Of a stretch of 64,000 nt of DNA, positions 10,360 through 21,290 are shown one piece after another. This stretch comes from an uncultured Spirochaetota bacterium. Its GTDB lineage: Bacteria; Spirochaetota; UBA4802; UBA5550. The stretch is taken from NCBI GenBank assembly GCA_963827275.1, contig CAWHAA010000010.1, positions 224,001 to 288,000 of the forward strand, written 5' to 3'. Positions within the stretch are counted from its first letter, which is position 1; each line of letters opens with the position of its first letter. A program made the position numbers and the translations under genes. The notes beneath the pieces are model-generated. The model did no database searches, was not told the origin of the DNA, and saw nothing but the letters and a program-made list of their open reading frames with translations.

Positions 10360-11060
10360 GATAACAACCTTGCGTATTTATTAAATAACATGCGATCGCC
10401 GGCATTAGAAATTCGACATCAACATGATTCATTTTTATAATATTTTTCAATGTTCCCGGAATTACTGCTTACAAGATACTAGATTAATGATTTCTTAGAT
10501 TAACTATCTTCGTAGCACATGTAAAATAAAATAACTGCAGGATTATATATACTATTTGCGTACATTGCAATTCAAGAATATAAATCGTAACTCATGGATT
10601 TATTATTGATACTATAGAAAATAATCATAACAAATCAGGATAGATTCACTGCATCCCAAAACTGAAATAGAGCATTTATCACGACAAACAATTGGGACAT
10701 TTAATGAAATTTTTATATTTTTGTAAAATATAAAATCTATTTTCACTTTTTTTATTCATCTGGTTCTAAATAATCGTCCGCCGCGGATTACTATCCTACC
10801 TGTTTAACGCAGTTGCCTCATGTCCCATCGTCCATCGCAAGCCCGAATAGTTCCTGGCGAAATTGACAACCTCCTGCTCTGTTTAATAAAATAAACTTGA
10901 CAAAAGGTCATTCAGCCGTATTTCTATCATTACAAATTACACGTTTAAGGGAACACTCCCGAGGGCATAGCAGGGATATGTCAGCCCTGTTGTCCTCTCG
11001 CTTGAGTACGGATAACCAGATTTGGCTCTTAGCAGCATGATGCCATACGTATAAGTATAT

Positions 11061-12455
11061 GTGACAAGAAAGTCAGACATTATGAAATATATTCTAATTG
11101 GTGTAACAATTATTGGCTTCGGCGCCTTCTATTTCCTGACCGATATCCCCCACATGGTAATCAAAGAACTGTTTCTCATAAACAATCAAGCACCCGTCAA
11201 ACTGATCGTTGATGACGCCATCCTGCTGAATGTTGTCATAGCTCTGGCATTTTTTTTACTGCTCTATCTCCCTTCAAAAACCAACAGGGAAAAAGAATTT
11301 TTCAACAGGCCATTTTCTGATTCGCTCAAGGGCATTGCGATGTTCATGATTATGATGCATCATCTGTCCCGGTGCATTATCAATCCATCCGATATGATTA
11401 TTTTTTTTGATTTAGGGTATGTCGGGTTCGCGTGCTACCTGGTGCTCTCCGGCTATGGCCTTACAGAATCATACAAGAGGAAAGGCCTCCAGGGCACGTT
11501 TATCAAAGACCGTTTTCTCAGAATTTTTATACCCGTGTTGCTGATGAATACATTTATCCAGGTGCTGAACCATATCGTCGGGCAGGAAAAGACCGGTATT
11601 ATAAAAAGCATCGCAACCATTCTCGGCATTATCAATCTTAACTGGTTCATCGGCTTCATAGTCTTCTGGTATCTGGCGTACTATGTTTTTTATAAAAGAA
11701 ATTTTTCTGATAACATCAAAATAATACTATTATTTGCCGTATCATTTGTCCTTCTGGCATCAGAGAGCATCCATCCCATTATTCGCATAAATGCCCTCAG
11801 TTTTCCCTGCGGCGTGTTTATGTCTCAATACAAATCAAGAATTTATGATTTATATACGAATAATAAACCGAAAAGTTTTAAGCTGGCGGTTTTTGTCTTT
11901 TGCGTACTATCACTGATTCTTTTTCTCCTTTTTGCCGGACTTTTGATCAAAGAACCGCCCCTGAACCAGTCAAACCCCTATCCTTCATCAATATTCATAA
12001 TGCAGAATCCTCTATCATATTTTGATTTACGCCTGTTCCTGATCGGGGCATGTATTGTTATATCCTGCATAATCCTTATTGTTAAGCGCACGGAAGTCAC
12101 TATTACGCTTATATTGAATCTGCTTTTTTTCAGCTTTTTTGTCGTGATCTCAACACCAAATGTTCCCAGGGAATTACTGCAATATTTTACCGCCAATGTT
12201 TCAGCATTATTGGCAGCAGCATTTCTCATTATTGTATTAAAATACATAACCAGGAACAGGTCATCATACTTCTTCACCCAATGGGGAAAAATGTCGCTGG
12301 AAATCCTGATTCTTCATGGATTATTTTTAAATCAATATGTCTTCATCCTTTTTAAATTTCCCCTCCACTACTCGATAATTTTATTCATAATCTTCATCAC
12401 GGTCATTTCATATCTGTTTTTTAAAATTTCAGAGTTCATACAAAAATATTTTTGA
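11061..12455 (+). CDS. Acyltransferase family 3 (OafA-like) membrane O-acyltransferase
   Basis: 'SDSLKGIAMFMIMMHH', 'LSGYGL', 'DRFLRIF', 'WFI', 'GKMSLEILILH'; start may be ATG 11082. Confidence 0.8.
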   Translation: MTRKSDIMKYILIGVTIIGFGAFYFLTDIPHMVIKELFLINNQAPVKLIVDDAILLNVVIALAFFLLLYLPSKTNREKEFFNRPFSDSLKGIAMFMIMMHHLSRCIINPSDMIIFFDLGYVGFACYLVLSGYGLTESYKRKGLQGTFIKDRFLRIFIPVLLMNTFIQVLNHIVGQEKTGIIKSIATILGIINLNWFIGFIVFWYLAYYVFYKRNFSDNIKIILLFAVSFVLLASESIHPIIRINALSFPCGVFMSQYKSRIYDLYTNNKPKSFKLAVFVFCVLSLILFLLFAGLLIKEPPLNQSNPYPSSIFIMQNPLSYFDLRLFLIGACIVISCIILIVKRTEVTITLILNLLFFSFFVVISTPNVPRELLQYFTANVSALLAAAFLIIVLKYITRNRSSYFFTQWGKMSLEILILHGLFLNQYVFILFKFPLHYSIILFIIFITVISYLFFKISEFIQKYF

Positions 12456-13288
12456 TTTTGTGCGTGCAGGAAAATTCCATGCCGGTTAATACACCAATCA
12501 CATTTGTTATCCCCGTCAATAACGATGAAATATTCAGTATTTCGGCAATGACCTCCCCGGTCCTAAAGAATACCGCGCATGAAATAGTAGTCAAAAGAAA
12601 TTATTCTTCTGCGAGCCTGGCATATAATGACGCGCTCTCTGGATCAAGTAACGACCTGTTCGTCTTTATGCACCAGGACGTATACCTGCCCGAAGGATGG
12701 GATTCCAGGCTGCTGGACATCATTGAATCGATGGATAATACATTGCCGTGGGGCGTGCTCGGATGTGCCGGCATAACGCATGACCATGAGGTTGTTGGCC
12801 ACGTATATTCAAATGGCATGAATTCCGTGTTGGGCAAGCCTGACAAGCCCAGAGAAGTGGTATCCCTTGACGAAATGATTTTGATTTTAAAAAAAAGCAA
12901 CGGGATACGGTTCGACCCCGCCCTGCCTCATTTCCATTTATATGGAACAGATATCTGTCTCGAGTCAAATAAATTAGGATTTAAAAATTACGCGATTGAC
13001 AATTTTTGTTTTCACAATGACGAAACATTCGAGGATTTGCCCGGTGAATTCTGGGCCTGCATCAGCTATCTTAACTCGAAGTGGAAACTAATGGATTGCA
13101 AGCCCATATTGCCGATAAAAACACTCTGCGCGATAATACCGTCAAACAATATCGAAAAGGTCATCTCCAGGCTGAAATCGGAATTATACCTTTTCAAGTG
13201 CAGGTTATTCAAGAAACAGATAAAGCGCATAATGGACGTTCAGGAAATCTTGCAAATCGTGAATTCCACGATGTCGAAAAACATTTAG
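12452..13288 (+). CDS. Glycosyltransferase-like family 2 protein
   Basis: 'SLAYN', 'VFMHQDV', 'WGVLGCAG', 'SLDE', 'FHLYGTDIC'. Confidence 0.75.
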   Translation: MILCVQENSMPVNTPITFVIPVNNDEIFSISAMTSPVLKNTAHEIVVKRNYSSASLAYNDALSGSSNDLFVFMHQDVYLPEGWDSRLLDIIESMDNTLPWGVLGCAGITHDHEVVGHVYSNGMNSVLGKPDKPREVVSLDEMILILKKSNGIRFDPALPHFHLYGTDICLESNKLGFKNYAIDNFCFHNDETFEDLPGEFWACISYLNSKWKLMDCKPILPIKTLCAIIPSNNIEKVISRLKSELYLFKCRLFKKQIKRIMDVQEILQIVNSTMSKNI

Positions 13289-13334
13289 TCGCATGAATAG
13301 CATCGCCCCCCAGTTGAAGCCATTCAGAATGAAT

Positions 13335-14921
13335 CTAAATTTTTCTGTATATCCAGCCCGGGATCGGGAACGTCCTGTTATTCAGTATTCCGCCCATTAT
13401 CTTGGCGTTATGTATACTTAACGCCTGCAAAATATTCTTTGTGCTCTGTACGTTGTCCTTCCCTTCATTGGCTATTAAAATCACGCCATCAACGCTTGAG
13501 GACAACATCGTAATGTCCGGCAGCCGCGTAATGTTCGTGCAATCTATCAGGACCCCGTCATACTTTGATGTCAGTTTTTTTAGTATTGTTTTTATTTTTG
13601 ATTTATTCAATGAAGCGGTTGAACCTTCCGAAACATTCCCGGTCTGCATGACATGCAAATTCGGGCCGATAGTGGAAATGGCATCATCGAAATTAATATT
13701 GTTCTCATTTAACAAGTTAGCCAATCCGGGCCTTTCATCCAATTTTAACAGTTTCTGGATTATCGGCTGGTTCATATTCGCATCGACAACCAGCGTATTG
13801 ATGTCTGAATTCTTCGAGAGTGAAAACGCGATATTTGCGCATACAACAGAATTCATGGCCTGCGGCGAAACGGAAATGAACAATAATGACTTTAGATTTT
13901 GGACCTTCATGAATATAAAAATCTGGTCCGCAAGATCAACATAAAATTCGGCATATCGCGAACCTTCCGGAGCGTCGCTGATCAACAGCTTGTCGATTAT
14001 TCTTTTTTTAGGTATTGTGCCGAGGCTTGGCAGGTCGAGGTATTTCACGAAATCATCGGGGGATTTCAGGGTATTATTAAGCATATCAACGATAAAGGCA
14101 AGCGCGAGTCCGAGGAGCGTGGCGACAAACAAGCCGAGCATCATCATCATCGATCGTGGCTTGCCAACCGGCTTGAAGTCCGTCGACGCCTGCTCGATTA
14201 TTTTGACGCTTGCCGAACCGATAGAATCCAGGTCTGAAATCTCCTTCCCGTTCAGGTTCGTCGAAATTTTATTTATGTTGTCCTGCAGCTGCTGGACCGT
14301 CGGATGCAGGTCGCCGTATTTCAACGTTAGCTCGGCCAGCTGCTGCTGGAGATCATAAATAGTGTATGACCTGCTGACCACATTGGCAATTTCTACGGCC
14401 TTTGTGCCATCATAATCGCGAACAACAATCTGGAATATGTCCGTTGCGGTCTCTATCCTTGTCTCGATATTATCCTTGAGCTGCGACATCGCCTTCCACA
14501 AGAGATATTCTTCTTTTTCCACCGGTGAAAGCGATGCGATATGCGCTCTTTCATTATTTGCCATATAATCGACCAGATACCGCTTCAGAGGATGGCAATA
14601 CTTTTTCTCGTAATCCAGCGGACGACTTTCCAGACCGAGCGCTTTAACGGCACGTTTGATCACGGGGTTCGATTTGACAATGGCCATCTGCGTGAGATGG
14701 ATACGGAAGGGGCCGACCGCTTCATAGGTAGGGGCCGCAATCTGGCTTATTCCCTTGATATGTATCATCACTTTCGCGGCATACATGGGGGTTTTAAATA
14801 TTATGAATAAATACGTTAAGGGGACCACGATTATAAATGTTATGATTATTATCAGCTTCTGCCTGAAAAAGGGCCTGATAAAATCGCGAAAGGTTATGCC
14901 TGTCAAATCATTCTTGTCCAT
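13335..14921 (-). CDS. Polysaccharide co-polymerase (Wzc/GumC-like) with a degenerate BY-kinase domain
   Basis: Two TM helices flanking a periplasmic coiled coil ('YGDLHPTV'); cytoplasmic P-loop-like domain with Walker A replaced by 'SPQAMNS'. Confidence 0.8.
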   Translation of the reverse strand: MDKNDLTGITFRDFIRPFFRQKLIIIITFIIVVPLTYLFIIFKTPMYAAKVMIHIKGISQIAAPTYEAVGPFRIHLTQMAIVKSNPVIKRAVKALGLESRPLDYEKKYCHPLKRYLVDYMANNERAHIASLSPVEKEEYLLWKAMSQLKDNIETRIETATDIFQIVVRDYDGTKAVEIANVVSRSYTIYDLQQQLAELTLKYGDLHPTVQQLQDNINKISTNLNGKEISDLDSIGSASVKIIEQASTDFKPVGKPRSMMMMLGLFVATLLGLALAFIVDMLNNTLKSPDDFVKYLDLPSLGTIPKKRIIDKLLISDAPEGSRYAEFYVDLADQIFIFMKVQNLKSLLFISVSPQAMNSVVCANIAFSLSKNSDINTLVVDANMNQPIIQKLLKLDERPGLANLLNENNINFDDAISTIGPNLHVMQTGNVSEGSTASLNKSKIKTILKKLTSKYDGVLIDCTNITRLPDITMLSSSVDGVILIANEGKDNVQSTKNILQALSIHNAKIMGGILNNRTFPIPGWIYRKI

Positions 14922-15143
14922 AATACTACCATCATTTATTTACTTCGGATATCATGCCATGCAATCGCATGCGATGCTTGAGAAACAGGATCGTTACCGG
15001 AAATCAATACCAACCACACGCGCCCTTAATCATTGCATGTGGCGCCCAATTCTACATCCCTGATGACGCATTACCGACATGAATAATACGACAATTTCGC
15101 ATCATCAATGGTATATGATTTTTTCAATACTACTTTCGCCAAC

Positions 15144-15713
15144 CTAAAAGAAGCCTTCAGAGACAATTACAATATCACCCGGCATTAATATTATGTCTTC
15201 CTTTGCATTGCCGTCTATCGCTTTCTGGAGGTTTATCTTGATGCTTTGATATCCCGGCTTGTCCGGATACAGCCTTAACAATTTTACACGGCTCTTTGAG
15301 CCAAACCGGGTAAAACCACCCGCTATGGATATGGCCTTAAGAACGGTCGTGTTTTCCTGCAACTGATACGAGCCGGGCCTTACCACTTCTCCCGAGACGG
15401 TAAAATTTCGGCTATGTGACTCAATAAGAGAAACAACGACAACCGGATATTTGAGATACCCGCTGGAAAGGCGCAATTGAATATTCTGCTGGATTTCGCT
15501 GATAGTTTTACCCTTTACTTTGACGCTCCCGATGTATGCCACCGAAACCTCGCCGCCCGGCGTTACGGTCGAACGATCGGTTATCTCGTCGGGCTTCAGG
15601 ATTCTCACTTCAATGATATCGCCCACTCCGACCCTGTAAACTTCATCTTCTGCGTATAAAAAAGACACCTGCAGCAGTGAAATCAGGATAGCCGACAGAA
15701 AAAGTCCCTTCAA
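15144..15713 (-). CDS. Short polysaccharide export (OPX/Wza-like) protein, Poly_export plus one SLBB domain
   Basis: 'YRVGVGDIIEVRI', 'SGEVVRPGSY', 'AISIAGGF', 'LMPGDIVIV'; TTG start at 15713 after GGAGG. Confidence 0.85.
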   Translation of the reverse strand: MKGLFLSAILISLLQVSFLYAEDEVYRVGVGDIIEVRILKPDEITDRSTVTPGGEVSVAYIGSVKVKGKTISEIQQNIQLRLSSGYLKYPVVVVSLIESHSRNFTVSGEVVRPGSYQLQENTTVLKAISIAGGFTRFGSKSRVKLLRLYPDKPGYQSIKINLQKAIDGNAKEDIILMPGDIVIVSEGFF

Positions 15714-15938
15714 TTTCTGGCCTCCACAATAATTATCCTTATTATATAGCATGCGTATAATATAACAACAATAATAATTACAATCCATAAAATCGTGAAT
15801 TAAATGATCCGACAATAAGCTGTGCTGTATTCATCGGCGACATAGTATCGTTGACTCGTAATAATTAAAATCATCAATCAAAATTTGACAAGATATAGAT
15901 GGCTGAGTTCTTAAAAAATCATTAAAATAATGATAATT

Positions 15939-17273
15939 TTACAATTCCGCCGTGGCGCCGATGGAGATGCGATTCCGCACGTACCCGCTATCCGCGACTT
16001 CAAAGCCGTTCCTGTTATATACATATCCGCCCAGGACACGGTACCCATCAACATGCGTATAGTTTACCGAAAGATCATACCATACCCTGATGGAAAAATT
16101 TTCGGTGAATACATACGCAACTGATGGGGCAAACCCGAACAACCTGTTTGTTGTATTTCTGTGCACATAAAAACCCTGGCCATAATAAATAGACGCCTGT
16201 ACCATCAGCCTGGTGAATACTTGCCGGGTGAAATCACCTGAAATTTGCCAGCTCGTGAACATGTCGTTTATGTTTTCCATTATTGATGTCCGGTAGGTGA
16301 ACGACAGGCTGGCGGTTGTCCTGTCGTCCACGTCATTGACCAAGGTAAGAAAAGCGAACACCCTGATGTAAAGCGGGTTTATTGACGCAAGATAGTACTG
16401 GACAGGGTTCATGGTCAGGCGTATGTCATTGTACGGGACCAGGAAGTCGGGAGCCACCCTGCACTCCGCATAGAGCTGGTTCGTAAAGCTGTGCCTGTAC
16501 CCCAGGCCGGGGGTATGTATATGCGAGACCCCGCCAAGATTTTGCTGTATCCATGAATAGTCATAAAATACAAATGTATAATTAGACGAATCCCAGTGGA
16601 CCTCATGCTGGGTCCTGGCCATTTGCGACAGGGTGTGATCGATGTTACGATCAATGAAATTATTGTTAATAAGATTATAATAATACTGCCAGTTTTTCTT
16701 GTAGTGATTCTTCATGTATTGGATTGAATATCCAGCGGTAAACCGGTAATGCGCGTTAACAGTAAATATTCCGTCTATAGCAAAGTTATTATTGAAATAG
16801 TCCACCCTCCCCTCCGTGATACCGAAAGACCGCTGGTAACGATCCGGCTCCGGATAGTGCTGGAAGGTATCCGAGATCAGGAGATTTACATTTTCAGAAA
16901 ACATCTTTGTATAATGCAATGTCGCGTCTTCATAGATCCTTGACATTTTTAAATTTTTCGAATAGAGTTGGCCGAACGCATGCCCGATGAGCTCAAGCGT
17001 CTGTGTCCGTCCCTCATGGCGGACCCCCAGGCCCAGCATTATTTCCGATATAAAATCCCACTGGATGCTCTCGGACAAATGCAGCGGGATCTGCCCGGGA
17101 TTCAATATGAGCGGGTTGGGGTTGAAGGGAAGCTCGACTGTCGCATTGATATTATCATCAAATGTTTCACGCACATATCCCTCTGCGACGAGCTCCCAGC
17201 CATATGAAATGCCGATGCATGAAAACACGAACAGCAATATAATATTTATTTTTATAAAAAATGATTTGGGCAT
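15939..17273 (-). CDS. Putative outer-membrane beta-barrel of the EPS export system
   Basis: Signal peptide, 'ETFDDNI', alternating aromatic beta-strand pattern, C-terminal 'YVRNRISIGATAEL'; adjacent to OPX gene. Confidence 0.65.
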   Translation of the reverse strand: MPKSFFIKINIILLFVFSCIGISYGWELVAEGYVRETFDDNINATVELPFNPNPLILNPGQIPLHLSESIQWDFISEIMLGLGVRHEGRTQTLELIGHAFGQLYSKNLKMSRIYEDATLHYTKMFSENVNLLISDTFQHYPEPDRYQRSFGITEGRVDYFNNNFAIDGIFTVNAHYRFTAGYSIQYMKNHYKKNWQYYYNLINNNFIDRNIDHTLSQMARTQHEVHWDSSNYTFVFYDYSWIQQNLGGVSHIHTPGLGYRHSFTNQLYAECRVAPDFLVPYNDIRLTMNPVQYYLASINPLYIRVFAFLTLVNDVDDRTTASLSFTYRTSIMENINDMFTSWQISGDFTRQVFTRLMVQASIYYGQGFYVHRNTTNRLFGFAPSVAYVFTENFSIRVWYDLSVNYTHVDGYRVLGGYVYNRNGFEVADSGYVRNRISIGATAEL

Positions 17274-17589
17274 ATGAGTATATCTATAAAATATTTTTCA
17301 ACGCCTGAATTCCCGCGGTAACATCATTGCTCAAATAATACGCACGTGACGCAGAGATAATTCAAATGTACCCGCGAATATTAATTATGCAGACCAGACA
17401 ACAGGAATTCACAGATTTATTAAAAGGAATTTCGACAACACTTCATACATAAAAATCCGGCAAGAATCATGAATGTCTGATCAACGGAATACGGCATACC
17501 AGCCATATGATTTTGGCTCTCGACTGTTTTCACTGATTGCATTATATAACGGACCGCGCGTATATTTTTCACCTGTACTGCGCTTCCAT

Positions 17590-19074
17590 CTATCTGCCAT
17601 GGCCCAGAAGCATAACCATAATTGTTTTAAAAAATATCATGGCGTCCAGCTTGAGTGACCAGTTGTCAATATACTCAAGATCCAGATCCATCCATTGATC
17701 GAAACTGAGGTCATTCCGGTTTGGCTGGATCTGCCAGAGACAGGTAATGCCGGGCTTCATCGACAGGCGTCTTCTGTGCCAGATATTATACTGGGCAACC
17801 TCTGAACCCAGCGGAGGCCTGGGGCCAATGAGGCTCATCTCGCCTTTAAATATATTCAACAGCTGCGGCAGCTCATCGATGCTGGTTTTTCTCAAAAACT
17901 TGCCAATGAAGGGAATAATGCGCGGGTCATTTTTTATCTTAAATGCGGGCCCGTCCGCCTCATTCAGCTCCTTCAGCTTTGCGAGCTTTTCCTCGGCGTC
18001 TTTCACCATGGTCCTGAACTTGAAGACCTTGAACGTCCTCCCGTTCAGGCCGACGCGGTCCTGTTTGAACAACACCTCCCCTGTGGAAGTGATTTTTATC
18101 AATGCGGCTATGACCAACAACAGGGGTGACAACGCAAGCAGCATCAAACCGGAGATGGTGTAATCGAAAAATAATTTGATCAGCAAATCGCGGTGCCTGG
18201 TGCTTGTAGAGCTCAGCACCATGGATGGAATCCCCTTTAAATCATCGAAATATATCCGCGCGACCCTGGGTTCATAGAAGAGGGAATGGATATGCCAATC
18301 GGGAAATATCCTCACCTTTATCCCCATGAGTTCAATCAATTGAATATACGCCTCGATATTATCAATCTGATGCATCGGCATAGCGAAAATCACCTCATCA
18401 ACGACATTATTGATGATTATGCCCTGTATGTCATCGACAAGGCCGATTACCTTGACGTCATCTTTAACGCGTTTGCCGATGCTTTTTGCGCTGGTATCGA
18501 GGCAACCGATAATTGAATAGTTATCTTTGATTGAATTGAGAAGACTAATGGCCCCGGCGGCCCGCTCCTTGCTCCCTATAATGAGAACCTTCACCTTGTT
18601 ATATTCTGATTGGTCGGATTTTTTGTATGACCAGTATATCAATGATTTACTGGCAACCAGTATCACAATATTAATTACGTAGAAAAGACCGATGAATAAC
18701 CGGCTTACGTCGCGTATTTTCAACAGAAAGAGCAACATGACCAGGATGATAATCCCCGCGGTGACCGCCTTGATGATATTCGTAAGCAGATCAGTGAAGC
18801 TGGGTCTCGATGAGACATCGATATTAATAAAAACGAAGGTACAGAACCATATCAGGATTACAATGAGCGCAATAATTTCATAGCTGGGCGGACTGCTGGC
18901 CGCCCCATAGCTGAATGGAACAAATATTTTTTTTATATGGTACGCGGCGATATAGGCGGCCAGGCTCAACAGAACATCCAGTATTCTATTTATCTGGATC
19001 AGCAGCTGCCTTTTTTGCAGTTTATCGAAGGATAGAACTTTTTCCTTTAAAGGCATTGGGTTGTTATTTTCCAT
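17590..19074 (-). CDS. Priming polyprenyl-phosphate sugar phosphotransferase (WcaJ/CpsE-like)
   Basis: 'FKFRTM', 'DPRI', 'IDELPQL', 'GEMSLIGPRP', 'KPGITCLWQ', 'DLEYIDNWSLKLD'. Confidence 0.92.
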   Translation of the reverse strand: MENNNPMPLKEKVLSFDKLQKRQLLIQINRILDVLLSLAAYIAAYHIKKIFVPFSYGAASSPPSYEIIALIVILIWFCTFVFINIDVSSRPSFTDLLTNIIKAVTAGIIILVMLLFLLKIRDVSRLFIGLFYVINIVILVASKSLIYWSYKKSDQSEYNKVKVLIIGSKERAAGAISLLNSIKDNYSIIGCLDTSAKSIGKRVKDDVKVIGLVDDIQGIIINNVVDEVIFAMPMHQIDNIEAYIQLIELMGIKVRIFPDWHIHSLFYEPRVARIYFDDLKGIPSMVLSSTSTRHRDLLIKLFFDYTISGLMLLALSPLLLVIAALIKITSTGEVLFKQDRVGLNGRTFKVFKFRTMVKDAEEKLAKLKELNEADGPAFKIKNDPRIIPFIGKFLRKTSIDELPQLLNIFKGEMSLIGPRPPLGSEVAQYNIWHRRRLSMKPGITCLWQIQPNRNDLSFDQWMDLDLEYIDNWSLKLDAMIFFKTIMVMLLGHGR

Positions 19075-19689
19075 TGTGGCTGTTTCTTATGTTTGAGTTT
19101 CTATAGAGCAATCTATATTTTAAAATCAAAATCCTATTAGAATATACAATATAATATATTCATAATGTGATAACTATGTATATTTTTCCAGCTCCAAAGA
19201 AAAACTAAATAATTATAGTTAATTAAATATAATAAAACGCATGACTTTACAATAATTAGTCAATAAAAAAACCATCGAGATGGGTTTATTTTCTTTATCT
19301 TGTATTCTATATATTTTTTTAAGAAGTCACATAATCAGGCCTTTCATTATTGTAATTACACCTGAACGTTATATTCATCAATTTATAGGCACAGAGCATG
19401 GTCCGTATCATGTCATTAACGCAGATGACGTATTTTTAGAGGGGCATCCCGATAAAAGACATGAATTTGACATAATGATATATAATCGCATATTTAAAAA
19501 CACAAAGAAGCCCAGTTATCGATGAATCTTCTGGAGCAACCGGCGCGAGCAGGTCCTGTGATTAATTGTTCCGGGATCAGATTTATAAAATTACTCTTGC
19601 AAAAATTAACCATCTGGCGCATGAGGAGGAGATAGATTAAAATTCTTCATCGATGAACTGAATAAATTTCGCAGCACCATATACTATAA

Positions 19690-21108
19690 ATGAAACAAAA
19701 TAAAACCAGCCATATACTATATAGCGTATTGTTGATACTGCTTGTGGCAATCCTGAGTATTTTCATTACCCAATTGCTTTTTGTAAAAACAAAAGCGGCC
19801 GTATTTCTCCCCTTTGTACTGCTGCTCTTCGGCCTGGGCTGGCACTATGCCCCCCTGGCCGATGTCAAAAAAGTAATATTGATCTTTATCTTCCTCTATC
19901 CCCTGCTGCCATGCCTGGCCGGCTTTCAGATAGCGGACGGTGTCCCGGTATTCAGGACACAACGGATTGCAACGATACTCATCATTTTATTTCTGCTGCG
20001 GAGACAGCTATTCTTTAAATACTTCAAAAATTTCTTCGCCAGCAACACATACACCTACCCATTATTGTTTCTTATTTTATCATTATCCATGACCGCGTTC
20101 TTTTCCTACAACAAGATCGGATCAATTTTCGGGATCCTGTCACTTGTGTTTGAATCAATCATACTGGCGGTAATTGTTTATAATGCATTTGAAACAGAAA
20201 GGGATATCGACCTGCTGATCAATGCCCTTACCGCCTCGGTAATTATTTTGTGCATTCTGGGCATTTACGAGAGGCTTTTTGAACACAACATATTTTTCTT
20301 CTTCGGGGTTTTTGATCCAACTCTTGCATTTGCCACTGAATTCAACATCAGATACGGAGAAATAAGAATACAGGGCCCCTTTGATCACCCGATAGCCTTC
20401 GGCGCATATCTCGTCGCCTCTCTTACCATTGTCCTTTATAAATTCAGGGACAACATTATTCTTTTTAATATCGCATTGGCATTGGTGGCCCTTACGGTCT
20501 ATTTTACGCAATCACGGTCCGGCATGATCGGTTTTGCGTGCGTTTACATCATGTATTTTATCCTTATAAATCACAAAAAGAATTTTATCGTCAGCTTCCT
20601 GGCGATTCTCATTATTTTTATACCCAATGCCGGCACTATTCTGGATTATTACTGGGAGATGGATGAGTTGATGGACTCGCAGTACCTTCAAACGGAAAGG
20701 ACAAGGCAATTCTATTTTCTCATAGAATATATAAAAGAAAATGTACTGTTCGGATATGGCGCGATTGAGCCCCCCGCCCATCTGGTAAGCGACACCTTCG
20801 GCATGGGCCAGGCCCACCATAATACCATCGACAATTATTACCTGTTATATGCATTCCATTACGGGGTCATGGGGCTGGCAGTATATCTTATATTTTATAT
20901 CTCTATATTTTTAAAGCCGCTTATGGTATTGAAGGGGACAATCCTCAGGAACAATCTGGTCATCGCAATATTTATTTCCATAGTGGTTATCGCCATAATA
21001 AACATTGTTGTCGCACTGTGGTCCTTTCTTTTTATTATATGGATTTATCTCGGGATATTGAGCCGGATCCTGGTAAACCATACAAGCAAACCCGCATGCC
21101 GGCAATAA
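19690..21108 (+). CDS. O-antigen ligase/Wzy polymerase family membrane protein
   Basis: 'RIQGPFDHPIAFG', 'TQSRSG', 'LFGYG', 'TIDNYYL'; many TM segments. Confidence 0.8.
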   Translation: MKQNKTSHILYSVLLILLVAILSIFITQLLFVKTKAAVFLPFVLLLFGLGWHYAPLADVKKVILIFIFLYPLLPCLAGFQIADGVPVFRTQRIATILIILFLLRRQLFFKYFKNFFASNTYTYPLLFLILSLSMTAFFSYNKIGSIFGILSLVFESIILAVIVYNAFETERDIDLLINALTASVIILCILGIYERLFEHNIFFFFGVFDPTLAFATEFNIRYGEIRIQGPFDHPIAFGAYLVASLTIVLYKFRDNIILFNIALALVALTVYFTQSRSGMIGFACVYIMYFILINHKKNFIVSFLAILIIFIPNAGTILDYYWEMDELMDSQYLQTERTRQFYFLIEYIKENVLFGYGAIEPPAHLVSDTFGMGQAHHNTIDNYYLLYAFHYGVMGLAVYLIFYISIFLKPLMVLKGTILRNNLVIAIFISIVVIAIINIVVALWSFLFIIWIYLGILSRILVNHTSKPACRQ

Positions 21109-21290
21109 CCCATCAAATTTAGTGCAACTTAACATTTAGAATCGATATTTTATCAATAATTTTCTATTTATTCAAAATAAAGTAATTGACAGCGGAGATG
21201 AAATGTTACTTTTCCCATACCAGAATGTAATTAATTATACGGGGATTATTTGATTGTCATTGATAGATCAGCTAATACCCCCGAGTTTCC

